Shown here: positions 9,311 to 19,137 of the stretch, piece by piece
Layout: every line of letters starts with the position of its first letter
Numbering within the stretch: the stretch's first letter is position 1
Virus record (IMG/VR): IMGVR_UViG_3300042465_004126
Location: 1 to 56,889 of that record
Direction: 5' to 3' (one strand)
Length of the DNA stretch: 56,889 nucleotides
Source of the DNA: a virus
Lineage: Duplodnaviria; Caudoviricetes
Made by a program: the position numbers and the translations under genes
The notes under the pieces: generated by a model
The model's database searches: none
What the model saw: only the letters and a program-made list of their open reading frames with translations
What the model was told of the DNA's origin: nothing

Positions 9311-10846
9311 ATGAATAAGCAAGAAATCCTAGAGATAGCTAAAAAAGACTCACGCTTTTCGCAAGCTGTGCTTGCTGTTGAACAGCAAATGGGTGATACG
9401 GATATTGCACCGGAGCAGCTTGATGAGATGGTCAAGATGCTTGAGTTTGCGCTCAACAACAAAGACCGATACCCAGAAATTAGGGAAGCTCTGATCAAAG
9501 ACAAGCTGGTTAATGCTGAGGACATGCCTGAGCAATTTAACCCTGTGGTCTTGATCTCCGTACTAGTCGTGTTGTATGGCTTGCAAGAGAGGTCTACGCA
9601 AAAAATGGCTCGTGGCGGTCTAGCATCTGCCGCTCGTCAGCTTCGCAAAGCCGGGCGCAGCGGTGACACGATGCTAGCGCACATCAACCCACGTGAAGCC
9701 CAGATGCTTCGCCAAGCTGGTGGCAGCGGGACAATCAATCCAAGCACGGGCTTGCCTGAATATTTTAGTTTTGGCGACTTGTTTAAAGTGGTTTTGCCGT
9801 TTGCTATAGATCTTATCGCTCCTGGCATAGGTTCTACGCTGGGTACAGCACTCGGTGCATCTGCATCATTTGCTCCGGCTCTAGGCGGTGCATTGATTGG
9901 TGCTGGCACGTCTGCTATAACTGGCGGCAACCCGCTCCAAGGCGCAATCATGGGCGGCATGGGCGGCGGTCTTGGCAATAACCTTGGACAAATGGTTGCC
10001 CCCAGTGCAAGCGCAGCCACTCAGGGTCTACTTGGTAGTGGGCTTGCCGGGGCTGTGGGTGGTATGGCTACTGGTCGCGGCCCACTTGAAGGTGCTGCCC
10101 AAGGCGCTTTAGGAAGTTACCTTGGGAATGCAGTAGCCGGTGCAGGAGCTCAAGGCGCTCTTGGCACAGGCTTAGCGGCCGGCAGTGAGAATTTTAAGAA
10201 TGCAATGGTAGCTGGCTACGACCCGCAGACGGCTTTGACCAGCGGCGCTTTGTCAGGCTTGGCTTCAAGCATGCGTAAACCGTCGCAAGCGGCGGTTGAT
10301 GGTTTGAGCAAATCGGCCACCAAATCAGGTTTTGGTTTTGACAAGATAGGTGCTTTACTGCCCCTTGCTGGTTTGCTATCAGCACCTAATGAAGCCCAGA
10401 CAGCTGTCAAGTCCATGTCGCCTGAGCAGCAAGAATACTTTAACCGTCCATCCATTAAATGGGACTGGTCAAAAATGCAGCAGGACGCTGCCAAATCCAA
10501 CATGAGCCTTAGCCAGTTCATGGCGCAAAGTTGGCCACAAATTACCTCAGGAACTTATAATAAGCCAACAGGTATGGCTCGGGGTGGTCCGCTATCAAAA
10601 ATGGCTTATTTTGCTGAGGGTTCCGGGTCTGGCAGGGAAGACACGATTGATGCCAAAGTCTCTGATGGGGAGTACGTTTTTGATGCAGAAACGGTGGCAC
10701 TGCTTGGTGACGGATCTAGCAAAGGCGGAGCAAAAAAACTTGACCAAATGCGCCAAGAAATCCGGAAGCACAAGGGCAAATTATTGGCAGCAGGTAAAAT
10801 TAGTTCTGATGCCAAGTCTCCACTTTCTTACATTCGGGGGATATGA
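9311..10846 (+). CDS. Putative internal virion / ejection protein
   Basis: AGGA RBS before ATG 9311; Gly/Ala-rich hydrophobic core; two MARGG motifs; 'G.G.G.ED.I.A.VSDGEYV' motif. Confidence 0.6.
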   Translation: MNKQEILEIAKKDSRFSQAVLAVEQQMGDTDIAPEQLDEMVKMLEFALNNKDRYPEIREALIKDKLVNAEDMPEQFNPVVLISVLVVLYGLQERSTQKMARGGLASAARQLRKAGRSGDTMLAHINPREAQMLRQAGGSGTINPSTGLPEYFSFGDLFKVVLPFAIDLIAPGIGSTLGTALGASASFAPALGGALIGAGTSAITGGNPLQGAIMGGMGGGLGNNLGQMVAPSASAATQGLLGSGLAGAVGGMATGRGPLEGAAQGALGSYLGNAVAGAGAQGALGTGLAAGSENFKNAMVAGYDPQTALTSGALSGLASSMRKPSQAAVDGLSKSATKSGFGFDKIGALLPLAGLLSAPNEAQTAVKSMSPEQQEYFNRPSIKWDWSKMQQDAAKSNMSLSQFMAQSWPQITSGTYNKPTGMARGGPLSKMAYFAEGSGSGREDTIDAKVSDGEYVFDAETVALLGDGSSKGGAKKLDQMRQEIRKHKGKLLAAGKISSDAKSPLSYIRGI

Positions 10847-12603
10847 TGGCTACTAGTCTATTTACTGGGTCTCCACAAAGCGCCCCTTCGTATGCAACCT
10901 CAACAACTGAGACGCCGAAGTGGATGCAAGATGCGATCTATAACCAGATCCAGCTAGCGCAAAATATTGCAAACACGCCGTACCAAGGCTACAGCTTACC
11001 GACTACGGCCACTCTCTCACCGCTACAACAGCAGGCTTATACAAACATTCAGGCCAACCAGGGGTCATGGTCGCCTCAGATGTCGTTGGCACAAATTGGC
11101 ATGCAAAACGTGGCTGCCAATCCCAATGCCAGTACTATGGCTGGATCAGGTGGATTAGGCGCACAAGCTGAATTGCTGAACAAAATTTCTGGCAATGATG
11201 CAATTAGCCAGCCGTACAACACGCTGAACAATTACGTCACTCAATCCACAGGGATGAATGGTGTTACTGCAGCCGCACCGTACATGAATGATGCCTATAT
11301 GAAGGCTGGCGAGGCCGGGAATATTGACACGGCAACCGGACTTCAGACTGCTCAAAATCAGTACCTGAATCCTAATTTAGCAGCTTCAGCATCGGCAGCC
11401 GGCCAGAGTCTTTACGGCCAAGCTGCAGGGATGGATGCCCTTGGCGCGGCTAGCCCATACTTGAACCAGTCTGGGTCAGCAACTGCACAATCTTTGTCTG
11501 AGCGAGCTACAGCAGCGGCTGATCCTTACATGAAGGCTGCTGCCCAAAGTTCAGCGCAAAATGTTGGTCAGTACATGAATCCGTACAACCAAAATGTTAC
11601 TGATCAGATAGCAAAGTTAGGCGCACGCAACTTATCTGAAAATCTGTTACCTGCCGTATCAGATCAGTTTGTTCGTGCAGGGCAGTTTGGTGGTAACCGC
11701 ATGGGCGAGTTTGGATCTAGAGCGCTGCGAGACACTCAAGAGTCCGTGCTTAACCAGCAAGCTCAGGCGTTGCAATCAGGTTACGGTCAAGCACTTGGTG
11801 CTTCGCAAGCAGACCTTGCACGGCAAGCGCAATTGGCCGGAACAGCCGGGTCTATTTCTGGTGCAGACTTGTCACGCATTCTGCAAGGTGCTAGCCAGTA
11901 TGGCAACTTAGGACAGACCGCTGGTCAGTTGACATCAACTCAAATGCAAAACCTTACTAACGTGGGTCAAGCTCAAACGGCGGCAGGACAAACTCAGCAG
12001 CAGTTTGGACTCAATGCAGCCCAATCAGCCCAATCAGCCCAAGCACAAGATGCGGCAAGGAAGTTGCAGTCGTCTCAACAGATCGGCAACATCGGTCAGA
12101 ACATTGCTGGCATGACTCAAGCTCAACAGCAAGCACTACTTTCCGGTGGTCAGGCTCTATCTGCCGCTCAGCAGCAAGCCATCTCGCAGAACCTCAACGC
12201 TGCTAGTCAGTACGGCGCTCTTGGTACAGCATCCGGCCAACTAGCTACAACAGACGCCGCAAGGCAGATGTCTGCACTAAACCAAATAGCTAGCATGGCT
12301 CAACAACGCCAAGGCATGCAGACAGCAGACGCCGCAAGCCTAGAAGCTGCAGGAGCATCTCAGCAAGCGCAACAGCAAGCTCAGCTTAATGCCGCTTATC
12401 AGCAGTTCCAGAACCAGCAGCTTTATCCTAGGCAGCAAGCTGACTTTCTTAGCACGCAAATCCGAGGCATGGCTCCGATTACGCCGCAAACAACAAACAC
12501 TAGTGGTTCTACGACTACTTTTGCACCTTCAACATTGTCACAATTAGCAAGCGGCCTTTATGCATACAAAGGTTTGAACTCGCTAGGCCAACAAATTCCT
12601 TAA
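10843..12603 (+). CDS. Putative DNA ejection / pilot protein
   Basis: Gln/Ala/Gly-rich; 'YMNPY...V', 'AGQFGG.R' and C-terminal 'QQLYPRQQ..FLS' pattern typical of podoviral ejection proteins. Confidence 0.65.
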   Translation: MMATSLFTGSPQSAPSYATSTTETPKWMQDAIYNQIQLAQNIANTPYQGYSLPTTATLSPLQQQAYTNIQANQGSWSPQMSLAQIGMQNVAANPNASTMAGSGGLGAQAELLNKISGNDAISQPYNTLNNYVTQSTGMNGVTAAAPYMNDAYMKAGEAGNIDTATGLQTAQNQYLNPNLAASASAAGQSLYGQAAGMDALGAASPYLNQSGSATAQSLSERATAAADPYMKAAAQSSAQNVGQYMNPYNQNVTDQIAKLGARNLSENLLPAVSDQFVRAGQFGGNRMGEFGSRALRDTQESVLNQQAQALQSGYGQALGASQADLARQAQLAGTAGSISGADLSRILQGASQYGNLGQTAGQLTSTQMQNLTNVGQAQTAAGQTQQQFGLNAAQSAQSAQAQDAARKLQSSQQIGNIGQNIAGMTQAQQQALLSGGQALSAAQQQAISQNLNAASQYGALGTASGQLATTDAARQMSALNQIASMAQQRQGMQTADAASLEAAGASQQAQQQAQLNAAYQQFQNQQLYPRQQADFLSTQIRGMAPITPQTTNTSGSTTTFAPSTLSQLASGLYAYKGLNSLGQQIP

Positions 12604-12612
12604 GGTTAAATC

Positions 12613-15102
12613 ATGGGCTATGAACTTGATAGGTTGATGCGCCAGTACGGTGTCAGTACTCCGGTACTTTCCTATTCTGGGATGCAAGCGCCAGTTAAAC
12701 CGGCTGATTTGTCAGCTACGGCTAGTACGATGGACAGGGCGAACTACGATGCTTTGCTGGCAAAGTACAACGCAGACATGCCGTTGTACCAGTCTGATCA
12801 AGACAAGTACAAGACGTATTCTGACGACTACAAAAATCGTTTAGCTACCACGTCTATGTATGACGCTCCTCAATATCAACGAGGAGCTATGAGCAGCCCA
12901 GGCACTGGTATGTTCACCGACCAATACTCTCAGATGTACCAAGATGTGTTAGGGCGAGCACCCGACCCTGCTGGTTTATCTTATTGGAAAGGTAAATTTG
13001 GCGACACAATTTCTTCAGACGAATACTCTGAATTCATGCAGTCTGCGCAAAGAGAAATGGGTAGCCGACCCCCAACTACTCTGCCTGTTAGTACTGCACG
13101 AACCGTTCTGAATCAGCCTACCTACAGCACCCCAACACAAGCCGCTGTCCTTCAAACCGCAGCAAATAATCCTGTTACCAACGAAACCGTAGTTGAACCT
13201 CCGGCTGGTGGGGAGAATCCTGCTGCTACAACGGCGGATTGGGGTACAACAGACAAAATCGGACAGGCTTTGTCTAGGATGGGGTTAACCACGGTAGGGG
13301 GTTATCTACAAGACCAAGCCTATTTGGGAAGCAGTGTTCCAGGGGGTGGGGTTGACCCGGCCACAGGGCTGCAAGGTCAAGGTAATAAAGGACAAACCGG
13401 CTTGCATGGTGATGCGGCTGACATTTTGGGCGGGAACTTGACTGCTCCGGGTGTTAATACTGGTGGTTTTCCAGAAGGGTATATTGACCCAGGTGCCTAC
13501 GAAGGCGGTTTTGGTTATTTTGGGCCTGACGCTCGATTGGGTGGACTAACCGGACCTAATTATTCAGATTATGGTGGAATGGCTGGCGAAACTGGCGGCA
13601 GCGACACAAAGGGTTTTGGTGGAGAGTATGCCAAGGGCGGCATGGTCAAAATGAAACCACAGATGAACAACCCACCTGGGCCAGACGATGGCTATGCAGA
13701 TGGTGGCCCAGTTGATTCTCGGCTTTATGGGGAGACTGATGAAGTTGCAACCGGCCCTGGCTACTCAGCCCCTCCGATAGATCCTCGCTTGCAAAGTTTA
13801 GCTAGCAAATATCAACAGCCCGGTTTCCAACCTAGCTTTGCTTCAGGCAGCATTGATCCTGGCCAAGCTCAAATGGATATGATCAGGGCGGATGCGCTTC
13901 AAAATGAACTTAGTGCGCCGGTAATAAACATCAGAGCTGATAAGCCGCCAATGAGTTCAAACATGGTCGCACTGCAACAAATGCTGAGGGCCACACAATC
14001 TCAAGCAACTCCATATGCAGATGACTTGCGTGCTGCTAGGGCTGCGGCAAATAGCCAAACGGTTGCATTTAACAAAATGCTGCAAGATGCAATCAAAGGT
14101 CAAGAAGACAGTGGCCCGTCAAAAGCTGAAACGTACTTCCGTCTTGCAGCTGCGTTTGGAGCACCTACAAAGACCGGGCATTTTGCTGAGGGTTTGGCCG
14201 AAGCAAATAAGAGCATGGCTGAGCAAGCTAAAGAGACACGCCTGTCAAACAAAGCGGGTCAAGCACTCAAACTGCAACTTGGCTTAGAAGGTGCTAAAGC
14301 AGGAATGGCTGCGGCAAAAGATGATGTCAACGCGCTGCGAGCATTGACAGGCGAAGAAATGAGAGACAAAGCAGCTTATCAACGCGAGTTGATTAAGGAC
14401 TACTTCACGTCTGGCAAAGCTCAGTCATCTGCAGGCAAGCAAGCGATTGATGAAGGTTTGGTACAAGGTTCGCCTGAGTTTCAAGCTCGCGTGAAAACCA
14501 TCTCTGATGAAGAGTTTAAGAAACTGACTGCTGGTGTTGATGCCTCCGTTGCGGCTGCTAACGCAAGCGTAGCGGCAATGAATAGAGGTGACGCAGCTGC
14601 ACAACTTGCTAGAGAAAAGTTTGAGTTGCAACAAAAGAACGCTGCCAAGCTCACAGCACCTGAGATGAAACTCAAAGTTGAGGCTGACGATATGATTGGG
14701 CAGACTGATGACGCTATGGCTAACTTGCGTCGTGCATTTGCGCTCAACCCACAGACTTTTGATACATCGCTGCCTGATCTTGCACAACGTAAAATTCTTG
14801 AGGTTGCCGGTAGTAAAGACCCCAAAGTTATAGCTACGCGAGAGCTAGAAAACATTCTTGAGAGGGCGGCACTCTCGGCTCTTAAAGCTACGTTCCCAGG
14901 TGCGATCTCTAATGATGAACGCAAGGCTCTGATGAACACTGTGGGCTTGGGTTCAAAGAGCATAGAGGAACGAGCCAGGATTATGATGAGTAGCTATGAA
15001 GCACTTAAGTCTGTTTCTAAAAGAGCCAAGGAACGCCTCAAGCGCATAAATGAAGGTGGTTACCGAGATACCACTCCATCAATCACAGGGGAGATTGAAT
15101 AA
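12613..15102 (+). CDS. Putative internal virion / ejection protein
   Basis: 829 aa; DUF4214-like motif, low-complexity linker with YAKGG/YADGG, helical C-terminus with 'GAISNDER..L'. Confidence 0.6.
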   Translation: MGYELDRLMRQYGVSTPVLSYSGMQAPVKPADLSATASTMDRANYDALLAKYNADMPLYQSDQDKYKTYSDDYKNRLATTSMYDAPQYQRGAMSSPGTGMFTDQYSQMYQDVLGRAPDPAGLSYWKGKFGDTISSDEYSEFMQSAQREMGSRPPTTLPVSTARTVLNQPTYSTPTQAAVLQTAANNPVTNETVVEPPAGGENPAATTADWGTTDKIGQALSRMGLTTVGGYLQDQAYLGSSVPGGGVDPATGLQGQGNKGQTGLHGDAADILGGNLTAPGVNTGGFPEGYIDPGAYEGGFGYFGPDARLGGLTGPNYSDYGGMAGETGGSDTKGFGGEYAKGGMVKMKPQMNNPPGPDDGYADGGPVDSRLYGETDEVATGPGYSAPPIDPRLQSLASKYQQPGFQPSFASGSIDPGQAQMDMIRADALQNELSAPVINIRADKPPMSSNMVALQQMLRATQSQATPYADDLRAARAAANSQTVAFNKMLQDAIKGQEDSGPSKAETYFRLAAAFGAPTKTGHFAEGLAEANKSMAEQAKETRLSNKAGQALKLQLGLEGAKAGMAAAKDDVNALRALTGEEMRDKAAYQRELIKDYFTSGKAQSSAGKQAIDEGLVQGSPEFQARVKTISDEEFKKLTAGVDASVAAANASVAAMNRGDAAAQLAREKFELQQKNAAKLTAPEMKLKVEADDMIGQTDDAMANLRRAFALNPQTFDTSLPDLAQRKILEVAGSKDPKVIATRELENILERAALSALKATFPGAISNDERKALMNTVGLGSKSIEERARIMMSSYEALKSVSKRAKERLKRINEGGYRDTTPSITGEIE

Positions 15103-17081
15103 TGGCTGATAAAGTTGACCCCTACCTCAACACTGCCCGTGCGGTGTTGGGTCAAGGTCTTGGCATGGGCTGGGGCGACGAGGCTGAGGCTTGGCTGAGG
15201 TCAAAGTTAGGCAATGAGCCTTACGAGACAGCGTTGCCCAGAATACGTAGTGAGTACGGTCAGTACGCTAAGCAGTACCCCATCACTCAGGGTGTGTCTG
15301 AGTTCGTTGGAGGCGCTGCCCCAGGTGTTGCCATGATGTTCGTGCCGGGTATACAACCAGCAGGTTTAATGCGGCTAGGGGCACTAGGTGCAGTAAGTGG
15401 AGCCTTATCAGGTGCAGGCTCAGCAACCGAAGGCGACCGAATGAGCGGTGCAGGCGGTGGGGCATTAATTGGAGGTGGGCTAGGTGTTAGTCTACCTTTA
15501 GCCTTACGCGGTACTGGTGGTGGTGCTAAATGGCTTCAGGAGCGTCTTTTCTCAACCCCCAAAGTTGTGCAAGACCGGGCATTAGAAAAGATGACAGACG
15601 CTATGCGTCAAGCCAAAGTTAATCCTCAAGATGTTGCGGCAAAGATGGCACAAGACCGGGCGATGGGCGTACCGTCGGTCATGGCCAATGCGAACCCCGC
15701 TCTTAGAGATCTAGCTGAAGCAGTTGCTCAACGTGCTGGTGCGGGTAGTAATGTAATTGAAAAGAATTTGACAGCCCAAAGACTAGGTGCAAAAGGTCGA
15801 GTTGCGGCTCAAACAACAGCCGCGCTAAAGCCAGTTGACTATTACGGCCTAGAAGACAATCTGACTGCACAACTAAGAAATAATGCAAAAGGTCTGTACG
15901 ACAAGGCATATGCGCACGGCGACGTTGATGACCCTAGGATTGTTGAGGTGCTTAAAAACCCGCAGTTTAAAGCGTTCTTTGACAAGGCGCGGTCTATAGC
16001 TGACACAGAAGCTCAGACAGCAAAACTCAAAGGTGAAGATCCACTGAAGTTTGCATTGCCTGAGATCTACAAACCATCAGGTAAATTTGATGCTAGCGGT
16101 GCTGAAATTTTAGACCTAGTCAAGCTGCCAGATGTACGGACACTAGATTACATCAAGCGGGGTATTGATGCCACCATTGACTCAGGGTTCCGGGGCAAGG
16201 GCATGAGTACGGCAGAAGCCTCGGCACTCAGAGATCTGCGCAAGCAGTTTGTAAACGCTATTGACGAAAATGTACCTGACTACAAATTTGCACGAAAAAC
16301 TTATGCTGGCGACTTGGAAACTTTGGACGCCTTGCGGATGGGAAGAGAAGAGTTTAAAGATCTTGACCCTGAGCAAGTTAAGAAAATGATTGATGCAATG
16401 GGTTCTGGCGAAAAAGATGCTTTTAGAACAGGCGTTGCTCGCTACATCTATGGCACCATTGGGAAGCAGTCTAATGAACCAAATATGGCACAGCGAATAA
16501 TTGGCCCTGATGACATGCAAAAGAAATTGGCAATGTTATTTGACAACCCTGCTGAGTTTGACCTATATAAAGCGGCTCTTATGCGCGAGTCCCAGCTATA
16601 TAAGGAATCAAACAAAATTCTAGGTAATTCGGCAACCGCTAGACGTACTGAACTTGGCAAGTCTTTAGACGAAGACACTGGGATGATTGAAAGTGCAGCA
16701 AAAGCAGCCACAGGGAACTTTAGCGGGGCATTGAGTGGCCTGGTCATGGGTGCAATCAGGTCTGGCCAGATGTCCAAAGCACGTGCTGAAAAGATGGCTG
16801 AGATGCTGATGGCCAAAGACCCCAATGATGTGGCGGCTGCTGTGCAAATGATTGAAGACTACGCGACCAAGCAAGCACCTAAAAAGTTCAAGGCCACTCT
16901 AGGTGAAGCTGGCACCGTAACGGGTACGTCTAGCGCAATCTATCCAGCACCGGCAGCCACTGAGTTTGACATGTCGTCACCTACTGTTGACATTGAAAGG
17001 GCTTTGCAAGATCGCAATGAGAACCCAATTCAAGGGCCAGACATTGAAGAAGCATTGAGGAACCGCGACAAAGTAAAGTAA
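15102..17081 (+). CDS. Putative DNA ejection / transfer protein
   Basis: 'GQGLGMGWGDEAEA' N-terminus, Gly-rich TM-like segments, 'GNSATARR' motif; last gene before terminator. Confidence 0.65.
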   Translation: MADKVDPYLNTARAVLGQGLGMGWGDEAEAWLRSKLGNEPYETALPRIRSEYGQYAKQYPITQGVSEFVGGAAPGVAMMFVPGIQPAGLMRLGALGAVSGALSGAGSATEGDRMSGAGGGALIGGGLGVSLPLALRGTGGGAKWLQERLFSTPKVVQDRALEKMTDAMRQAKVNPQDVAAKMAQDRAMGVPSVMANANPALRDLAEAVAQRAGAGSNVIEKNLTAQRLGAKGRVAAQTTAALKPVDYYGLEDNLTAQLRNNAKGLYDKAYAHGDVDDPRIVEVLKNPQFKAFFDKARSIADTEAQTAKLKGEDPLKFALPEIYKPSGKFDASGAEILDLVKLPDVRTLDYIKRGIDATIDSGFRGKGMSTAEASALRDLRKQFVNAIDENVPDYKFARKTYAGDLETLDALRMGREEFKDLDPEQVKKMIDAMGSGEKDAFRTGVARYIYGTIGKQSNEPNMAQRIIGPDDMQKKLAMLFDNPAEFDLYKAALMRESQLYKESNKILGNSATARRTELGKSLDEDTGMIESAAKAATGNFSGALSGLVMGAIRSGQMSKARAEKMAEMLMAKDPNDVAAAVQMIEDYATKQAPKKFKATLGEAGTVTGTSSAIYPAPAATEFDMSSPTVDIERALQDRNENPIQGPDIEEALRNRDKVK

Positions 17082-17097
17082 AATATTGACGCAGTTG

Positions 17098-17283
17098 TCA
17101 ATTTTCTACCCCGCTTCGGCGGGGTTCTTTTATGAGCGTTCGGTATGCTGCTATGGCGTCCTTGAGGTCGCCTCTCAACTGCTCAATTTGATCCTGTTGG
17201 ACCTGTAACTGCAGGTAGGCGTCCAAGGCGAACTTGTCCAATGTTGTCCGTTCCCAGGCTGCAAAATTCGGCAGATCGTTCAA
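17098..17283 (-). CDS. Hypothetical protein
   Basis: 'PNFAAWER.TL.KFA.DAY...QQDQIEQLR.DLKDAI.AYR', coiled-coil small protein. Confidence 0.6.
   Translation of the reverse strand: MNDLPNFAAWERTTLDKFALDAYLQLQVQQDQIEQLRGDLKDAIAAYRTLIKEPRRSGVEN
17108..17131 (+). terminator. Rho-independent terminator at the convergence of late and early transcription
   Basis: ACCCCGC-TTCG-GCGGGGT followed by TCTTTT. Confidence 0.85.
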
Positions 17284-17413
17284 TTTGATTCCTCATCCAT
17301 TGCGGACCTAGACGCATAAGCGCAACCCTCTGGCTCTGCGTTACTTTGATTGAGTAGACCACTGACAGCGGCTCACCTACCCGTTTCTGTTTGGAAATGC
17401 GCTTGTCTCTCAT
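17183..17413 (-). CDS. Small putative DNA-binding protein
   Basis: 'VVYSIKVTQSQR..LMRLG.QWMR.QI' ribbon-helix-like pattern; ATGA coupling. Confidence 0.45.
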   Translation of the reverse strand: MRDKRISKQKRVGEPLSVVYSIKVTQSQRVALMRLGPQWMRNQIERSAEFCSLGTDNIGQVRLGRLPAVTGPTGSN

Positions 17414-17655
17414 GGGCGTTTCCTAGGCAATGGTGCCCAATGCGTCCAGAACTGCGTCTCGCCCACCTTGTAGATGTAGTGTCCCATCGTGGCAACACCA
17501 GACCGTCCTAGTAACAGCACCTTGACACCTTGAGGTGTCTGATCGTCAATGGGCAACCAAAAGAAGTCATCCGCTACTGCTGCCGTGAAGGTGCTGTCCA
17601 GCTTGAACTTCTGCTCATGCTTGAAACGCTCAAACTCTTCATCTTCAGTATCCAT
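17410..17655 (-). CDS. DUF551-like hypothetical protein
   Basis: 'WLPI...TP.G.KVLL...THWAPLP'. Confidence 0.6.
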   Translation of the reverse strand: MDTEDEEFERFKHEQKFKLDSTFTAAVADDFFWLPIDDQTPQGVKVLLLGRSGVATMGHYIYKVGETQFWTHWAPLPRKRP

Positions 17656-17818
17656 TGCGCTCCTTCAGTTTGGCGTCCATCTGGTCCAGCATTTCTTTAA
17701 AAAACATTAGCCGTATATCAACGTCGGTTAAGATGACAAGCTCGTCTGACATTACCTTTTGAGTACCAAGTTGATTCCCTTCTTCGTCGGCGTGTGTAAC
17801 TTTTATAACCCAAGTCAT
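17645..17818 (-). CDS. Hypothetical protein, 57 aa
   Basis: Not in ORF track; MTWVIKVTH...MDAKLKERNGY; coupled on both sides. Confidence 0.5.
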   Translation of the reverse strand: MTWVIKVTHADEEGNQLGTQKVMSDELVILTDVDIRLMFFKEMLDQMDAKLKERNGY

Positions 17819-18603
17819 GTGTTGCGCTCCTTTAGTTTGGCTTCAGCAAGTCTAAAAATTTCCGTGACAATATGTCCGTCATCATCCTCAGTGCATCCCG
17901 CTGCCGTTGCAATTTTCTTTTTGTCCTCATCCGTCAGACTTAGCCACGGGCGCTGTGCTGCGGGTGGGGTGGCAAAGTGATCAGCCAGTTCACGCGCTTT
18001 GTGCTTGTTGATACCCTCTCGGACTAGGGTAACCACCACCATGTCTCGCCATTGACTCGGCTCCTGCTCTAACTGTGCTGACTTTTTAGCTACCCACGCA
18101 AGTCCAGTGTATGTCGGCTCGTACACGTAGCCAAGTGACTTCAAAATTTCTACCGCTTCGTTTGCAGCGGGTTGATAAAACTTCTGCGCTGGCTCTGCTG
18201 GCTGCACTGGTGGGGTGGCAAGACTGCAATCACAAGGCCCAACGGGTAGCGCATCGCCGTTGTGAACAGAGCAATCACTGTCGTGTATATTGCCGTTTTT
18301 GCAGGCGGCGCACTGGCAGTGTGTGGTCGCCCCTCGATTGCGCTCCTTTAGTTTGGCTTCAATGGATCTGGCAAAATCCATCAGTGCACCATCGTGGTCG
18401 GCGGGGATGCTGCTGGGCATCAGGTTCAATATTGTGCTGGCAGTCAGTTCTACCCACGGGCGCTGCACTGATCTTTTACCGTCTGCAAAACCGCTTCGGT
18501 ATGAGACCAACAGAGCAGCCTCATACTCTGCAATATAGACCTGTGCGTCGTTATCGTCCAGCTTGGCTTGCGCTGCTTGGCGCTTTGAATCAAATCCTGT
18601 CAT
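17815..18603 (-). CDS. Mosaic hypothetical protein with repeated 'QRPW..LT...EAKLKERN' modules
   Basis: Two copies of the module plus a Cys/His-rich segment (C.C..C....H.SDCSVHN....GPCDC). Confidence 0.65.
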   Translation of the reverse strand: MTGFDSKRQAAQAKLDDNDAQVYIAEYEAALLVSYRSGFADGKRSVQRPWVELTASTILNLMPSSIPADHDGALMDFARSIEAKLKERNRGATTHCQCAACKNGNIHDSDCSVHNGDALPVGPCDCSLATPPVQPAEPAQKFYQPAANEAVEILKSLGYVYEPTYTGLAWVAKKSAQLEQEPSQWRDMVVVTLVREGINKHKARELADHFATPPAAQRPWLSLTDEDKKKIATAAGCTEDDDGHIVTEIFRLAEAKLKERNT

Positions 18604-18842
18604 TTCATACTCCTTCCAATTTCTGCTGCTGCGCGGGTGATGGCGCGGCGGGTTGCTGCGAGGGGGTCAGGATCGTCAAGAAAAGCCCCCATGCCACTGT
18701 GAGTCCAGAGTTTTAACTTCACCGCCAGCCGCAGCGCATCGCCATCGTCGGTGAGAGGGTTCCACTGGTTAAACTCAATCCGCATCTTTGCCTCTTCCAG
18801 CCCACAAGCCTTCGCCGCAAGTTCAAGCAGTTCTCTGTCCAT
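18600..18842 (-). CDS. Hypothetical phage protein
   Basis: 'ELLELAAKA.G...WNPLTDDGDALRLAVKL...ATRRAITRAAAEIG'. Confidence 0.7.
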   Translation of the reverse strand: MDRELLELAAKACGLEEAKMRIEFNQWNPLTDDGDALRLAVKLKLWTHSGMGAFLDDPDPLAATRRAITRAAAEIGRSMK

Positions 18843-18852
18843 ATCACATCTC

Positions 18853-19137
18853 CTATAAACCAGAATCGGCCAGTGCTTCGGCCAAGATCAAAAGAAATAA
18901 TTGTTTCTGCATAGCAGTTGCGTTCATGGCTTTGTCCCAGCAATACCCAAATTCATTTGACCGTGATAAGTAATCGTCAATCGCGGCAAGGCCGTAGTGA
19001 CCTAGTACGTCGTGTAGGTACGCCTTTTTCGCGATGGTCTCTGCGGCTTTGCGTACCTCTGTGCTGACAGGTCCGTATTGGTATTCAAGTTGGTCAGGAC
19101 TCGCCCCCCGGGCGGCAGCGTGTAGCAAGCGGCTCAT
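18853..19137 (-). CDS. Hypothetical protein (paralogue of 19138-19509)
   Basis: MSRLLHAAARGA...LFLLILAEALAD. Confidence 0.65.
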   Translation of the reverse strand: MSRLLHAAARGASPDQLEYQYGPVSTEVRKAAETIAKKAYLHDVLGHYGLAAIDDYLSRSNEFGYCWDKAMNATAMQKQLFLLILAEALADSGL

